Shown here: piece after piece, positions 1 through 10,076 of the stretch
Numbering within the stretch: the stretch's first letter is position 1
Layout of the letters: each line of letters begins with the position of its first letter
Source of the DNA: Minisyncoccia bacterium
GTDB lineage: Bacteria; Patescibacteriota; Minisyncoccia; Phycocordibacterales; UBA2100
Assembly: GCA_049297775.1 (NCBI GenBank)
Contig: JBAQUX010000008.1
Span: forward strand, 10,286-74,285
Length of the DNA stretch: 64,000 bases
Direction: 5' to 3'
Program-made: the position numbers and the translations under genes
The notes under the pieces: generated by a model
The model's input: only the letters and a program-made list of their open reading frames with translations
Database searches by the model: none
What the model was told of the DNA's origin: nothing

Positions 1-636
1 GGAAATGAGTTTGAAAAAACTTATTTTAAGAAATTAACCGCATATATACAGTCAGAATATACTTTCACAAAAGTATTTCCATTTCCTCAACATGTTTTTG
101 CGGCACTCAATGCGTGTCCGCTCTCGAAGGTGGCAGTCGTGATTCTTGGGCAAGATCCGTATCATGGCGATAACCAAGCCATTGGATTTAGTTTTGCTGT
201 AGAAAATGGCGTGCTCATGCCCCCGTCACTTAAAAATATTGTTAAGGAAGTGTCTACCGATACAGGTCTGACGCCTTCACGCATGCACGAGGGAACATAT
301 GCAATTTCTGAATGGGCTACACAGGGAGTATTACTTTTAAATGCAACACTGACTGTTCGTAAGGGGCAAGCAGGCAGTCATCAAGGAAAGGGCTGGGAAG
401 AGTTCACTGATGCAATTATTAAAAAAATATCTGATGAGCGAGAACATATAGTATTTATGTTATGGGGAGCATATGCACAGAAGAAGGAATTCCTCATAGA
501 CTCTCAGAAACACTATGTCATTACATCTGTACACCCTTCGCCACTTTCTGCACGTAAGGGATTTTTCGGCAGTAAGCCATTCTCACGTGCTAACACATAT
601 CTTAAAAAATTTGGCAAAACAAGCATACGCTGGTAG
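1..636 (+). CDS. ung: Uracil-DNA glycosylase family 1 (5' end outside the window; the frame is open from position 1)
   Basis: The GQDPYH water-activating motif and the HPSPLS C-terminal motif are present. The frame upstream of the first ATG is open and continues the UDG N-terminus. Confidence 0.9.
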   Translation, partial: GNEFEKTYFKKLTAYIQSEYTFTKVFPFPQHVFAALNACPLSKVAVVILGQDPYHGDNQAIGFSFAVENGVLMPPSLKNIVKEVSTDTGLTPSRMHEGTYAISEWATQGVLLLNATLTVRKGQAGSHQGKGWEEFTDAIIKKISDEREHIVFMLWGAYAQKKEFLIDSQKHYVITSVHPSPLSARKGFFGSKPFSRANTYLKKFGKTSIRW

Positions 637-726
637 TTGCAAGTAGAGACTGACTATGAGAGAACTAAGTATGCCTTTTTGATGGACGGGCTCAGAATAG
701 TTCATCACGGCGAGAGGGAGACTACG

Positions 727-924
727 ATGCCGGATAAGAGTCTGGTTCTCACAGAAGTGCAGCAGAAAGCCCTTAAGGAAGGGTTGGTAAGCCTTATTCG
801 TCGCGGCGAAGGCCAAGGCGGAGCGAATATTGCTGAGTATCGTCAGATACTTCGCATGCTTGTTGGTGAACAGCAAGTGGTTCGTGTGCCCGAACATTGC
901 ATGGAAGGAGATACTGAAGTCTAG
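727..924 (+). CDS. Hypothetical small protein (65 aa)
   Basis: A GAGGGAG Shine-Dalgarno lies 7 nt upstream of the ATG at 727. Two hairpins follow, the second with a T-run. The ORF track starts this ORF at a TTG at 637, which is less convincing. Confidence 0.3.
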   Translation: MPDKSLVLTEVQQKALKEGLVSLIRRGEGQGGANIAEYRQILRMLVGEQQVVRVPEHCMEGDTEV

Positions 925-948
925 GCACCACCCTCGGTGCCGGCCGCA

Positions 949-978
949 CCTCAGGGCTTAATCTGAGGTATTTTTATT
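949..978 (+). terminator. Rho-independent terminator (CCTCAG-N8-CTGAGG followed by TATTTTTATT)
   Basis: A perfect 6-bp stem with a T-run sits in the convergent gap between ORF 727-924 and the minus-strand permease, whose stop is at 974. Confidence 0.6.
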
Positions 979-1750
979 GCTTCAAACCGAGTCCAATACG
1001 AATCATATAGGCATTCGCCATAATAAGAAGCGCAATGAGTGAGCAGAGTACAATGACGCAACTCGAAATGGCAACATCACTGATACCTAAGAAGCCGTAT
1101 CTAAAACCATTCACGAGGTAAAATATAGGATTAAGATGTGTCACCGTTTGAAACCATGCAGGAAGTTGCGCGCTTGAGTAGAATACCCCACCGAGATAGA
1201 CGAGTGGTGTAATAACGAAATTTGGTACGATTGAACTCGAATCAAATGTTTTTCCATAAATACCATTCACTAAACCACCAAGTGAAAAGAGCATACTCGA
1301 AAGAATTAAAAAGAGCACAATGAAGAAAGGGTGGGTGACTGGCGGTATTACAAAGAAGAGAGAGACTGCAATGACGCACATACCTACGAGAATTCCTCGC
1401 ACCATTCCACCTGCAGTAAATCCGGCAACAATTACCCACGGATGCACTGGAGAAATAAGAAGTTCATCAATGTTCCGTGACATAAATTTTGCTGAAAAGA
1501 AGCTCGAAGAGACATTCATAAATGAGTTTGTGACTACAGAAAGAAGCACGAGACCTGGTACGACGAATTGCATGTATGGAAAGCCAGCTATCTCGCCAAT
1601 ACGCCCACCGAGCACGTAGCCGAAGACAATAAAATACAGAGCTGAGGTTATGACAGATGGAAGAAAAGTTTGCATCCAAATACGCAAAATGCGAATCGTT
1701 TCTTTTCGCACTATCGTATAAAAAGCAATTGATTGTTTGTAGTAATCCAT
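974..1750 (-). CDS. ABC-2 type transporter permease
   Basis: It is a 6-TM hydrophobic protein of ABC-2 (YadH/NodJ-like) architecture. It lies immediately downstream of an ABC ATPase. Confidence 0.8.
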   Translation of the reverse strand: MDYYKQSIAFYTIVRKETIRILRIWMQTFLPSVITSALYFIVFGYVLGGRIGEIAGFPYMQFVVPGLVLLSVVTNSFMNVSSSFFSAKFMSRNIDELLISPVHPWVIVAGFTAGGMVRGILVGMCVIAVSLFFVIPPVTHPFFIVLFLILSSMLFSLGGLVNGIYGKTFDSSSIVPNFVITPLVYLGGVFYSSAQLPAWFQTVTHLNPIFYLVNGFRYGFLGISDVAISSCVIVLCSLIALLIMANAYMIRIGLGLKQ

Positions 1751-1756
1751 AAAGAG

Positions 1757-2683
1757 TTATGAGGTAAGTTCAACGAATATATCTTCCAGTTTTCCTCCTT
1801 TTTGTTCTATATTTTTAACAATTATTTTTGATGCAGTCACAGCGCGAAGTGCTGTTGTAAAGGCACCGTCACCGCTTACGGTGATTTCGATGCTTGTTGG
1901 GCTCACTGCAACAAATCCTGCTTTCTTGAGTTCCACAAAGTGTTCGGGTGTAATTGCGTCTGCGGACTCAATAGAAAAAGTCTTTGACTGCTTTCTATTG
2001 AGCAACTCTTGCATGGTGCCGTTCGATATAATTTCTCCTTTATTTATGATGGCAACGTATTTACACAGTTGCTCAGCTTCTTCTAAGTAGTGTGTTGTGA
2101 GCAGTATAGTTACACCTTCAGCAGTCAAAGTTTTAAGGAAATCCCACATCCCTCTGCGGAGTTCAACGTCAACTCCGGCAGTCGGCTCATCCAAAACCAA
2201 GATGCTCGGCTTATGAATGAGCGCACGAGCAATAAGGAGGCGTCGCTTCATTCCTCCGGAAAGAGTTCTTGAGATTACAAACTTTTTGTCACCAAGCCCA
2301 AGTTTCTCAAGAAGTTCATGAGCGCGAGGGAGTGCAACTGAACGAGGAATTCCGTAGTAACCAGCCTGATTTACGACAATCTCAAGCGGTTTTTCAAATA
2401 TATTAAGGTTTATTTCTTGAGGAACGACACCAATATGCTCACGGGTACTACTTTGTGCTGTATCGATATCTTCTCCAAGAATCGATACAGTGCCAGAAGT
2501 TTTATTTACAAGACCAGTTAACACACCAATGATAGTGGTTTTTCCTGCGCCGTTTGGCCCGAGTAATGCAAAAAACTCACCTCGTGGAATTGATAACGAG
2601 ACACCCTTCAGTGCTTCGGTACCGTTATCATACTTTTTGACGAGTGAGTTAATTTGTATTGCTGGGGTCATGCTGTTGTTCAT
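1757..2683 (-). CDS. ABC transporter ATP-binding protein
   Basis: Walker A GPNGAGKTT, the LSGGMKRRL signature and Walker B LVLDEPT are all present. Confidence 0.9.
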   Translation of the reverse strand: MNNSMTPAIQINSLVKKYDNGTEALKGVSLSIPRGEFFALLGPNGAGKTTIIGVLTGLVNKTSGTVSILGEDIDTAQSSTREHIGVVPQEINLNIFEKPLEIVVNQAGYYGIPRSVALPRAHELLEKLGLGDKKFVISRTLSGGMKRRLLIARALIHKPSILVLDEPTAGVDVELRRGMWDFLKTLTAEGVTILLTTHYLEEAEQLCKYVAIINKGEIISNGTMQELLNRKQSKTFSIESADAITPEHFVELKKAGFVAVSPTSIEITVSGDGAFTTALRAVTASKIIVKNIEQKGGKLEDIFVELTS

Positions 2684-3207
2684 TACGCGACATCAACCAA
2701 TGGCAGTTGTCCGATGTAGTCCATTTTTCCAAGCGCTACACCGTTCTTACGGAGAATTTCATACGCAAGCGTTGCATGGAAAAGAAAGTTAGGCACAGTG
2801 TAAATACAAGCACCTTCTGCTGCGTATAATCCTTTCGTTGGCATCCAGCTCATAGGAATAAGCATGTTGTCTTTTCCTTCAAATTGTTCAGGGGTAACTG
2901 AGCGTATATACGTAAGAGTTTTTTCGATGCGATTTTTTATTTCTGGCATTGTGGTCTCTGTGTCTTCATATTTTGGAATTTCGATACCTGCAATATAGCC
3001 AGTCGTTCGTTTTGCGATGTCAGTACAAATCTGTATTTGTTTAACGAGTGGGAACTGGTCAAATACTATTCTGTCATGAAGTAGCTTATTCACATCTGCG
3101 TTTCTTTGTTCTGCAAATATGATTGCTTTCTCAAGTTGCGCGTCAATATTTTCAAGTGTCTTTATAAAAAGTGGTACGGTAATCTCGTAAAGAGTGATGT
3201 TTTTCAT
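2683..3207 (-). CDS. DUF1993 family protein
   Basis: The C-terminal VPNFLFHATLAYEILRKNGVALGKMDYIG matches the conserved DUF1993 C-terminus. The likely start is MKNITLYE at 3207. Confidence 0.65.
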   Translation of the reverse strand: MKNITLYEITVPLFIKTLENIDAQLEKAIIFAEQRNADVNKLLHDRIVFDQFPLVKQIQICTDIAKRTTGYIAGIEIPKYEDTETTMPEIKNRIEKTLTYIRSVTPEQFEGKDNMLIPMSWMPTKGLYAAEGACIYTVPNFLFHATLAYEILRKNGVALGKMDYIGQLPLVDVA

Positions 3208-3273
3208 AGAAATGCACTGTATCACACATGCACATCTTCGACACTGTGGATACATAGGGTACAATGCTGACTT

Positions 3274-4152
3274 ATGGAACCTTCAAAAATCCTTAGAGTA
3301 CAGCCCTCAGAGGATTATGCGCTACTTGATAGTGGTGATGGAATGAAGCTCGAACGCTATGGTGCATTTGTGCTTGCACGTCCGGACCCTCAGGCTTTGT
3401 GGCACCGTCTTTCCGATGAGTCAGAGTGGGTTCGTGCGCACGCGCAGTTCACCCGCAATGGTAAAGAAGGTGAATGGCATATTCGACCGGAGACACCTCG
3501 TTCTTGGACGATTTCATATGCCGGTCTTACGTTTTCAATACGTCCCACATCTTTTAAGCACACTGGTTTGTTTCCAGAACAAAAGGCTCACTGGGACTGG
3601 TTTCGAGGGTTAATACGAAACGCAGGACGACCAATAAAAGTACTTAACTTATTTGCATATACTGGTGGCGCATCACTTGCTGCTGCCGAGGCTGGAGCAT
3701 TTGTAACGCACGTCGATGCATCTAAGGTTTCAAATGCATGGGCTAAAGAGAACGCTCGTCTGTCAAATATACCTGCTGACGGCATTCGTTTTATTACTGA
3801 CGACGTGCTCGCCTTTGTAGAAAGAGAAATCCGCCGTGGCTCAAAGTATGATGCCATTATTATGGATCCTCCCGCGTTTGGTCGTGGTCCAAAGGGTGAG
3901 GTGTGGCGGATTGAAGAATCACTCGCGCCTCTCATAGAAAAAACCATGCAACTCCTCTGCCCTACACCACTTTTCTTTCTTATGAGTGGGTATGCTGCAG
4001 GGTACTCTCCGATGACATTTGAAAACATGATTCGTCCTCTTTGTGAAAGTCGTCACGGAACTGTTTCTTCAGGTGAAATCGCACTTGTTGAAATTCATGA
4101 TGGTGCAGAGCGGCCACTTGCCTGTGGTATGTACGCAAGAAGTATCTTCTAA
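3274..4152 (+). CDS. Class I SAM-dependent methyltransferase (RlmI/RlmK-like, Methyltrans_SAM type)
   Basis: The N-terminus LLDSGDGMKLERYG...RPDPQALW, the VLNLFAYTGG SAM-binding loop and the DPPAF motif are present. Confidence 0.75.
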   Translation: MEPSKILRVQPSEDYALLDSGDGMKLERYGAFVLARPDPQALWHRLSDESEWVRAHAQFTRNGKEGEWHIRPETPRSWTISYAGLTFSIRPTSFKHTGLFPEQKAHWDWFRGLIRNAGRPIKVLNLFAYTGGASLAAAEAGAFVTHVDASKVSNAWAKENARLSNIPADGIRFITDDVLAFVEREIRRGSKYDAIIMDPPAFGRGPKGEVWRIEESLAPLIEKTMQLLCPTPLFFLMSGYAAGYSPMTFENMIRPLCESRHGTVSSGEIALVEIHDGAERPLACGMYARSIF

Positions 4153-4163
4153 ATTAGAGAGTG

Positions 4164-4775
4164 CTAAGCGTCTTTGCGATTCCGTCTTTTCAAAAATTCA
4201 AAAATTACTGGAGCAAAAGAAACAAGAATAATGACAAGAATTATCGGAATAAGGTATTTCTCAATATCTCGTACAGTAGCACCCAAGAAGTATCCAAGGA
4301 GTAGTAGTGTAGATACCCAAATGGTTGCACCTATGATGTTATAAAAAAGAAAGGTGTGATAGCGCATCTCACCTATTCCTGCAAAAATCGGAATAAACGT
4401 GCGGACAATAGGCACAAATCGTGCAAACACAATTGATTTAGCCCCGTACTTCTCGTAAAAATCGCGCGTACGTTCGAGATGTTCAACTTTAAACAGTTTA
4501 CGGTTACCCTTTAGGAAAAGCTGTTTGCCAAACGTGTGGCCAAACCAATAACCGAAACTATTACCAAATACTGCGGCACACATAAATATTGCAAAAAGTG
4601 TGTAGAGATTAAATAGACCTTGTGTTGCCAGTATGCCCGCAGTAAAGAGTAGACTATCTCCAGGCAAAAATGCTGCGAGAAAAATTCCTGATTCAGCAAA
4701 TACAATAGAAAAAAGACCGAGATAACCAAGTGTTGTTACGAGTTCATTAATACTGCCATCAAAAAAAGGAATCAT
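4164..4775 (-). CDS. DedA family membrane protein
   Basis: The FARFVPIVRTFIPIFAGIGEM DedA signature is present. The start is taken at MIPFF (4775) to avoid overlap with the upstream PAP2 gene. Confidence 0.8.
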   Translation of the reverse strand: MIPFFDGSINELVTTLGYLGLFSIVFAESGIFLAAFLPGDSLLFTAGILATQGLFNLYTLFAIFMCAAVFGNSFGYWFGHTFGKQLFLKGNRKLFKVEHLERTRDFYEKYGAKSIVFARFVPIVRTFIPIFAGIGEMRYHTFLFYNIIGATIWVSTLLLLGYFLGATVRDIEKYLIPIILVIILVSFAPVIFEFLKRRNRKDA

Positions 4776-5299
4776 TTGCGCATCATATAGCGACAGAGCA
4801 GAATGCACAAGAATCCAACTGCGCACCCAGCAATGATATCTGTCATATAATGCACACGAAGGTATAGTCTGCTTATAAGCACTATTACCCATGCTGATAG
4901 AGAAAGAATAATAAAAATATTTTTCTGCATCGATGTGCGTAGCTGTGGATATACTGTTATATACAGTGATCCAACAAGTGCTGTAATCATTGCTGCGTGT
5001 AAGCTAGGGAATGATGGCGTGTGTTCTGTTCCAAGTGCAATAGCTATAGGTATCGGGCGCGACACAAGTAGTGTGTATTTAAGGATAAGTGTCGCGATTG
5101 CAGTAGTAATGATTGTTGCTAGTTCAAATTCTGTGAGGGCACGAATACGTTTATTCTTAAAAGCGAGAATCGTTAGAAAAAAAATGAGAGAAAAGAAAAT
5201 ATATTCTGAAGTAAGTAAGGCAATGCTATGGAAAAATATATCTCCCCCTGGCGTTCTTATACTTGAAATAAGCGATTCAGTACTCGCATTTATATCCAT
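4772..5299 (-). CDS. PAP2 family phosphatase (PgpB-like undecaprenyl-diphosphate / phosphatidate phosphatase)
   Basis: PAP2 motifs PSFPSLH and SRLYLRVHYMTD are present. Confidence 0.75.
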   Translation of the reverse strand: MDINASTESLISSIRTPGGDIFFHSIALLTSEYIFFSLIFFLTILAFKNKRIRALTEFELATIITTAIATLILKYTLLVSRPIPIAIALGTEHTPSFPSLHAAMITALVGSLYITVYPQLRTSMQKNIFIILSLSAWVIVLISRLYLRVHYMTDIIAGCAVGFLCILLCRYMMRK

Positions 5300-5646
5300 A
5301 ATTTTAGTATATATGGAATAAAAATAAGTATGCCTACTGAGAGTGCACCAAGTGCAATTATAAGTACTGCACCAGCAGCCAAATCTTTTATTTTCTCTAT
5401 ATGTGGATCGTGGTCAGGGTGAAATTTATCGCAAATTTCTTCGAACGCTGTATTTATAATTTCTATCGAAAGTACTACTGCAGAAATTGTAAAAATCGCA
5501 ATCCACTCAGTTGTCGTTATGCAAAAGTAAATTCCTGCGAGTAGTGTTGTAAGGAATAAGGCGAGCTCAATTCGAAAATTCTGTTCTTGCCGGAGTGCAA
5601 TATGAACGCCCGCATATGCATACATGAGTTTTTCAATCAATTTCAT
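5290..5646 (-). CDS. dgkA: Diacylglycerol kinase / undecaprenol kinase family (DgkA)
   Basis: It is a 3-TM protein of about 118 aa with the EIINTAFEEICDKF catalytic region typical of prokaryotic DgkA. Confidence 0.8.
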   Translation of the reverse strand: MKLIEKLMYAYAGVHIALRQEQNFRIELALFLTTLLAGIYFCITTTEWIAIFTISAVVLSIEIINTAFEEICDKFHPDHDPHIEKIKDLAAGAVLIIALGALSVGILIFIPYILKLWI

Positions 5647-5655
5647 AAGTGATTT

Positions 5656-6426
5656 TTAATAAAGTAAAAGTAAACAAATGCCGAGAATAATCCTGTATAC
5701 ACCAAACGGTACAAATGAATACGTACGCACAAATATGAGTAAATATTTTATTACCAGTAGCGACGAAACGAATGCGACGACACTCCCGACAAGGAAGGGG
5801 ATAAACAGGGCCGTGTCAGTTATGGTCTCAGGGTGCTTTAAAAGTGAATAGAGTGAAGCAGCGCCAAGTAGTGGTACTGCAAGGAAAAAACTATAGGTGA
5901 CAATTGTTTCTCGAGAATTACCGAGTAAGAGTCCTGTGACGATGCTTGCACCAGATCGAGAGACACCAGGAATGAGGGCAAGGGACTGACTGAGTCCCAT
6001 TAAGACTGCGTCTCTGGTGCTCATCTCATTTTTAATATTTCGCTTTTGTGATTTAGTCCACTGCTCTATAAGTATGAGCACGCATCCGCCGAGAATGAGC
6101 GCCCATGCGATGACATGCATATTGCTTAAAAATTTTTCTGCAACATCTTTCAGTAAGAATGCAATACATAATGCGGGTACTGTGCCGAGTAGTACGCGAG
6201 TAAATATTACCTTTGAAAAGAATTCTTTGTAAAAGAAGACCAGGACGGCAAGGATTGCTCCTCCTTGTATTGCGATTTCCAATGTCTGAACGCTACTCGC
6301 ATTGAGTGTGTTTCCCAGTAGTGCATTTGTAATTACTAAATGTGCGGTTGACGAGACAGGCAAGAACTCAGTGATGCCTTCAACGAGGCCTAATAGTAAT
6401 GCATTCATGCTTGAAATCATGAACAT
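5656..6426 (-). CDS. uppP: Undecaprenyl-diphosphatase UppP/BacA
   Basis: LGLVEGITEFLPVSSTAHL and GVSRSGASI signatures are present. The true start is probably one of the internal Mets at 6426, 6420 or 6408 rather than the ORF-track start at 6567. Confidence 0.85.
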   Translation of the reverse strand: MFMISSMNALLLGLVEGITEFLPVSSTAHLVITNALLGNTLNASSVQTLEIAIQGGAILAVLVFFYKEFFSKVIFTRVLLGTVPALCIAFLLKDVAEKFLSNMHVIAWALILGGCVLILIEQWTKSQKRNIKNEMSTRDAVLMGLSQSLALIPGVSRSGASIVTGLLLGNSRETIVTYSFFLAVPLLGAASLYSLLKHPETITDTALFIPFLVGSVVAFVSSLLVIKYLLIFVRTYSFVPFGVYRIILGICLLLLY

Positions 6427-6472
6427 AAGTATAACAAATATGTAAAGAGATGGTATGTGATACAGTGTCATC

Positions 6473-7690
6473 ATGAAAAAAAATATTCTTCCAGTTCTCT
6501 TTTTTACACTACTTGTTGACATGATTGGTTTTGGGATGATTATTCCCATCGTTCCTATTCTGTTCACAGAGCCTACATCTCAAAGTTTTCTCCTTACGGG
6601 GTTTACGGTAACACAACAGTATATGTTTACCGGTTTTATTACTGCCCTCTATGGAATTATGCAATTTTTTGCCGCACCAATTCTTGGCGAGCTATCTGAT
6701 GTATATGGACGCAAGCCCGTGCTATTGCTTGGGGTTTCTGTACTTGCATTGTCTCAGCTTATGTTTGGGCTTGGAATAACTGCAGGGTCACTCATTATCG
6801 TCGTTCTGAGTAGGGCAATTGCAGGTCTTGCAGGTGCAAACTTTAGTGTCGCACAGGCATGTATTGCAGATGTCACTGAACCGAAAGATCGAGCGAAAAA
6901 CTTTGGTCTCATTGGTGCTGCGTTCGGTGCAGGATTTATTTTGGGCCCACTCCTTGGTGGTTTTATCGCAGATATGTTCCCGCACGTAGGTGCGGCACCC
7001 TTTTTCTTTGCAGGTATCTTAGGTCTTTGTAATGTCGTTTCGGTTATGTTCTTTTTACCGGAAACTCACCACGTGCGAAAGGAAAAGCAACGCATTTCTG
7101 TGTTCAAGGGAATACGAAACATTCAACAGGCTCTTAAAGATGTTGATGCACGTGTGGTATATGCAAGTAATTTTTTCTACCAGACCGGGTTTGCATTCTT
7201 CACTTCATTCGTAGGCATACTGCTTGTAGCACAGTATGACTTTTCTGCATCACAAATCGGCATCTTTTTCGGAATTATTGGTGTGTGGGTGATGATTACG
7301 CAGTTGTTTATTTTGAGGTTGGTTACAAAAAAATATACAGAACGTCAAATTCTTAAAGTTACCTTGCCGCTGCTTGCGTGTGCGCTTGCGTCTTACCCGT
7401 TCATGCCATCAAGTGCATTTCTATACGCGTGTATCCCATTTATTGCGATACCTAACGGTCTTTCAATGGCGAACATTACGGCGCTTATCAGTCGTAGTGT
7501 TTCTCCTGAGCGACAAGGAGCGGCACTTGGAGTGAATGGCTCAGTAATGGCTCTTGCTCAAAGTTCTGCACCGCTCATTTCAGGTATTGCTGGCGGACTC
7601 CTTGGTATTTACGTGCCGTTCATGATAGGCAGTGCGTGTGTGTTTACTGGCTGGGCAATTCTTTCGGGCACTCGAATTCGCATCACGTAA
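6473..7690 (+). CDS. MFS transporter (DHA1/TetA-like)
   Basis: It has 12 predicted TMs and the MFS motif [14 protein letters not shown]. Confidence 0.8.
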   Translation: MKKNILPVLFFTLLVDMIGFGMIIPIVPILFTEPTSQSFLLTGFTVTQQYMFTGFITALYGIMQFFAAPILGELSDVYGRKPVLLLGVSVLALSQLMFGLGITAGSLIIVVLSRAIAGLAGANFSVAQACIADVTEPKDRAKNFGLIGAAFGAGFILGPLLGGFIADMFPHVGAAPFFFAGILGLCNVVSVMFFLPETHHVRKEKQRISVFKGIRNIQQALKDVDARVVYASNFFYQTGFAFFTSFVGILLVAQYDFSASQIGIFFGIIGVWVMITQLFILRLVTKKYTERQILKVTLPLLACALASYPFMPSSAFLYACIPFIAIPNGLSMANITALISRSVSPERQGAALGVNGSVMALAQSSAPLISGIAGGLLGIYVPFMIGSACVFTGWAILSGTRIRIT

Positions 7691-7708
7691 TCTACTATTT
7701 AAATCCTG

Positions 7709-8761
7709 GTGAGTATATGGTACTCTCTAGGCATGTTTAAGCTCGCAAACAATAAATCAAGAGAAGAGTTACTTGCCGACCTAGAACAAGAAAATTTTCA
7801 ACGCACCACGCTTTCTTTCTATCGATATGTGCATATCACAGAGCCACATACTTTGCGGGACAAGATGTATGAAAAACTAGAGTCACTCGGATGCAGAGGT
7901 CGTATCTATCTCGCACATGAGGGCATCAACGCCCAAATGAACGTACCTACACATCATTGGGATGCATTTAACGAATACATCCAGAGCCAAGCAGAGTTTG
8001 CTGGCATTCCATATAAAATTGCAGTCGAGCAAGACAATTTGTCGTTTCTAAAGCTTACGATTAAAGTAAAAGAAAAAATAGTTGCGGACGGTATTACAGA
8101 CCCAACGTTTGAATCATGGACTGCGGGAGAGTACTTGTCACCAAAGGAATTTAACGAACTTTTAGAAAATCCAGAAGCTGTTGTTGTCGACATGCGTAAC
8201 GCATACGAAGCTGAAGTGGGAAAATTTGAAAACGCAGTGGTACTTGATGTAGATACATTTAAAGAAGAACTAAAAATTGCAGAAGTGGCCCTGAAGGGAA
8301 AGGAGAATGCCCCGATTGGTTTGTATTGTACTGGGGGTATACGTTGTGAAAAAGCATCGGCTTGGTTGAAACATAAAGGTTTTAAAAATGTGCGTCACTT
8401 GCGTGGAGGGATTATTGATTACGCTCGTGTTGTACGTGAAGAACATTTGCCAAACAAATTTCATGGCAAGAATTTTGTTTTTGATGAGCGTCTTGGTGAG
8501 CGAATTTCAAACGAGATTATTGCTACGTGCCATATGTGTAAAAATACTAAGGCTGACTCACACTATCACTGCAAGAATGAGGCGTGTCACATACTCTATA
8601 TCTCTTGTGATACATGTCTTTCCGTAAACAAAAACTATTGCGGTCTATACTGCAGACTATATGACAAGCTCCCAGTAACGTTCAAGAAAGCATTAGTTAA
8701 AAACTCATATAAGAAGAATCAGCCACAATTTTTCAAAAAGAATAGAATGAAGGCGTCGTAA
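7709..8761 (+). CDS. trhO: Rhodanese-domain tRNA U34 hydroxylase TrhO (YceA/UPF0176) with C-terminal Cys-rich tail
   Basis: The rhodanese active-site loop CTGGIRCEKAS is present and the N-terminal region is YceA-like. The C-terminus carries a CxxC/CxxC cluster. Confidence 0.75.
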   Translation: MSIWYSLGMFKLANNKSREELLADLEQENFQRTTLSFYRYVHITEPHTLRDKMYEKLESLGCRGRIYLAHEGINAQMNVPTHHWDAFNEYIQSQAEFAGIPYKIAVEQDNLSFLKLTIKVKEKIVADGITDPTFESWTAGEYLSPKEFNELLENPEAVVVDMRNAYEAEVGKFENAVVLDVDTFKEELKIAEVALKGKENAPIGLYCTGGIRCEKASAWLKHKGFKNVRHLRGGIIDYARVVREEHLPNKFHGKNFVFDERLGERISNEIIATCHMCKNTKADSHYHCKNEACHILYISCDTCLSVNKNYCGLYCRLYDKLPVTFKKALVKNSYKKNQPQFFKKNRMKAS

Positions 8762-8808
8762 CAGAGCGGACAGTAAGATTTTGGCAGTTCATACGGTATA
8801 CTATATAT

Positions 8809-9963
8809 ATGTTGTATATCTCATCCTTATTATTACTCTGTGCCTCGTTATTTTCTCAGCCTGCTGAAGCTGCGCTAGGGATGACAATACAAGGTGTGAC
8901 GCTCCCACCGAGAACTATTGTTGATTCGGGTACAGAGTTGCATGTAAGTGCGTGGGTACCGTATTGGAGAAAGGAGAATGGGACGGCAGAGGCGCAAAAG
9001 GCGATGATTTACATAGACACGTTTAGCCCATTTATGTATGAAGTAGACTCGACTGGTGCCATTGCAAGTAAGGCAGACCTAAAATTGGGCAACTGGTCAT
9101 CTCTATTACAAACTGCTCGACTCTCGGGTAAAAAAATTACACCAAGCATTATTTGGCTTAAAGGTGGCGAGATTCATACAGTCCTCTCTGACTCAAAAAA
9201 AAGGAAAAAGCATATCGATTCAATCGTGACAATTATGAAAGGCAGTACTGCATATGTAAGTGGCGGCTACGACGGTATTGATATTGACTACGAAGGAAAA
9301 AACACCGAGACGCGAGCCGGGTTCTCTGCGTTTCTTACAGAGTTGAAGGCCGAGCTTAAAAAAATTGATAAGTCTTTAATTTGTACGCTTGAAACAAGAA
9401 ATGCAAATAGACCGTACGAAGAACAGATACAAAGAGAGAAAGAATATGTAAATGATTATAAAGTTATTAATTCAGTGTGCGATGTAGTTCGTGTGATGAC
9501 GTATGATCAGCGTAACGCTGACCCGGTACTTGGCAAGTTGCACGAGACAGAGCTCTACATGCCAGTTGCCGATGTCGCATGGGTACAAAAAGTTTTGAAA
9601 ACACTCGTCAAATTTATAGATCCTAAAAAAATTGAACTCGGTATTCCCACATATGGTCATGCATATAAAATTACGAAGAAGGGAACCGGTTGGAGCTATG
9701 AACGTATGCGCTCACTTACCTATGTGCAAGCAATGGAGCGTGCGCGTCTCTATGGCGGTTCTCCAACGCGTGGCGCATCAGGTGAATTAACCTTTACCTA
9801 TAAAATTCCAACAGGAGAGTTTGCAGGAGAATATCTTGCGGTACTCTCAGACGCACAAGCAGTCCGCTCAAAAATTGAACTTGCAGAAAGAATGGGTATA
9901 CGAGGCGTAGCGCTTTTTGCACTATATGGCGAAAATGATCCACAGCTTCCACACGACCTTTAG
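8809..9963 (+). CDS. Secreted glycoside hydrolase family 18 protein (chitinase-like)
   Basis: A signal peptide is present, together with the GH18 catalytic motif DGIDIDYE. Confidence 0.7.
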   Translation: MLYISSLLLLCASLFSQPAEAALGMTIQGVTLPPRTIVDSGTELHVSAWVPYWRKENGTAEAQKAMIYIDTFSPFMYEVDSTGAIASKADLKLGNWSSLLQTARLSGKKITPSIIWLKGGEIHTVLSDSKKRKKHIDSIVTIMKGSTAYVSGGYDGIDIDYEGKNTETRAGFSAFLTELKAELKKIDKSLICTLETRNANRPYEEQIQREKEYVNDYKVINSVCDVVRVMTYDQRNADPVLGKLHETELYMPVADVAWVQKVLKTLVKFIDPKKIELGIPTYGHAYKITKKGTGWSYERMRSLTYVQAMERARLYGGSPTRGASGELTFTYKIPTGEFAGEYLAVLSDAQAVRSKIELAERMGIRGVALFALYGENDPQLPHDL

Positions 9964-10076
9964 TTCTATACTTGTATTTTTGCAAAAATAAGCAATACTT
10001 ATACTCAAATGAATTTGAGTATTGTAAATAATACATTCATTAAGCCGTATTATTTATTATTTAAATCTGCAAAAAA

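Noticed and set aside
637-726. Upstream extension of the small ORF to the TTG at 637 used by the ORF track.
   Set aside because: It would start directly on the ung stop with no RBS. The internal ATG at 727 has a GAGGGAG SD.
4043-4231. 62-aa ORF overlapping the methyltransferase 3' end and the DedA 3' end.
   Set aside because: It overlaps two well-supported convergent genes and has no independent signals.
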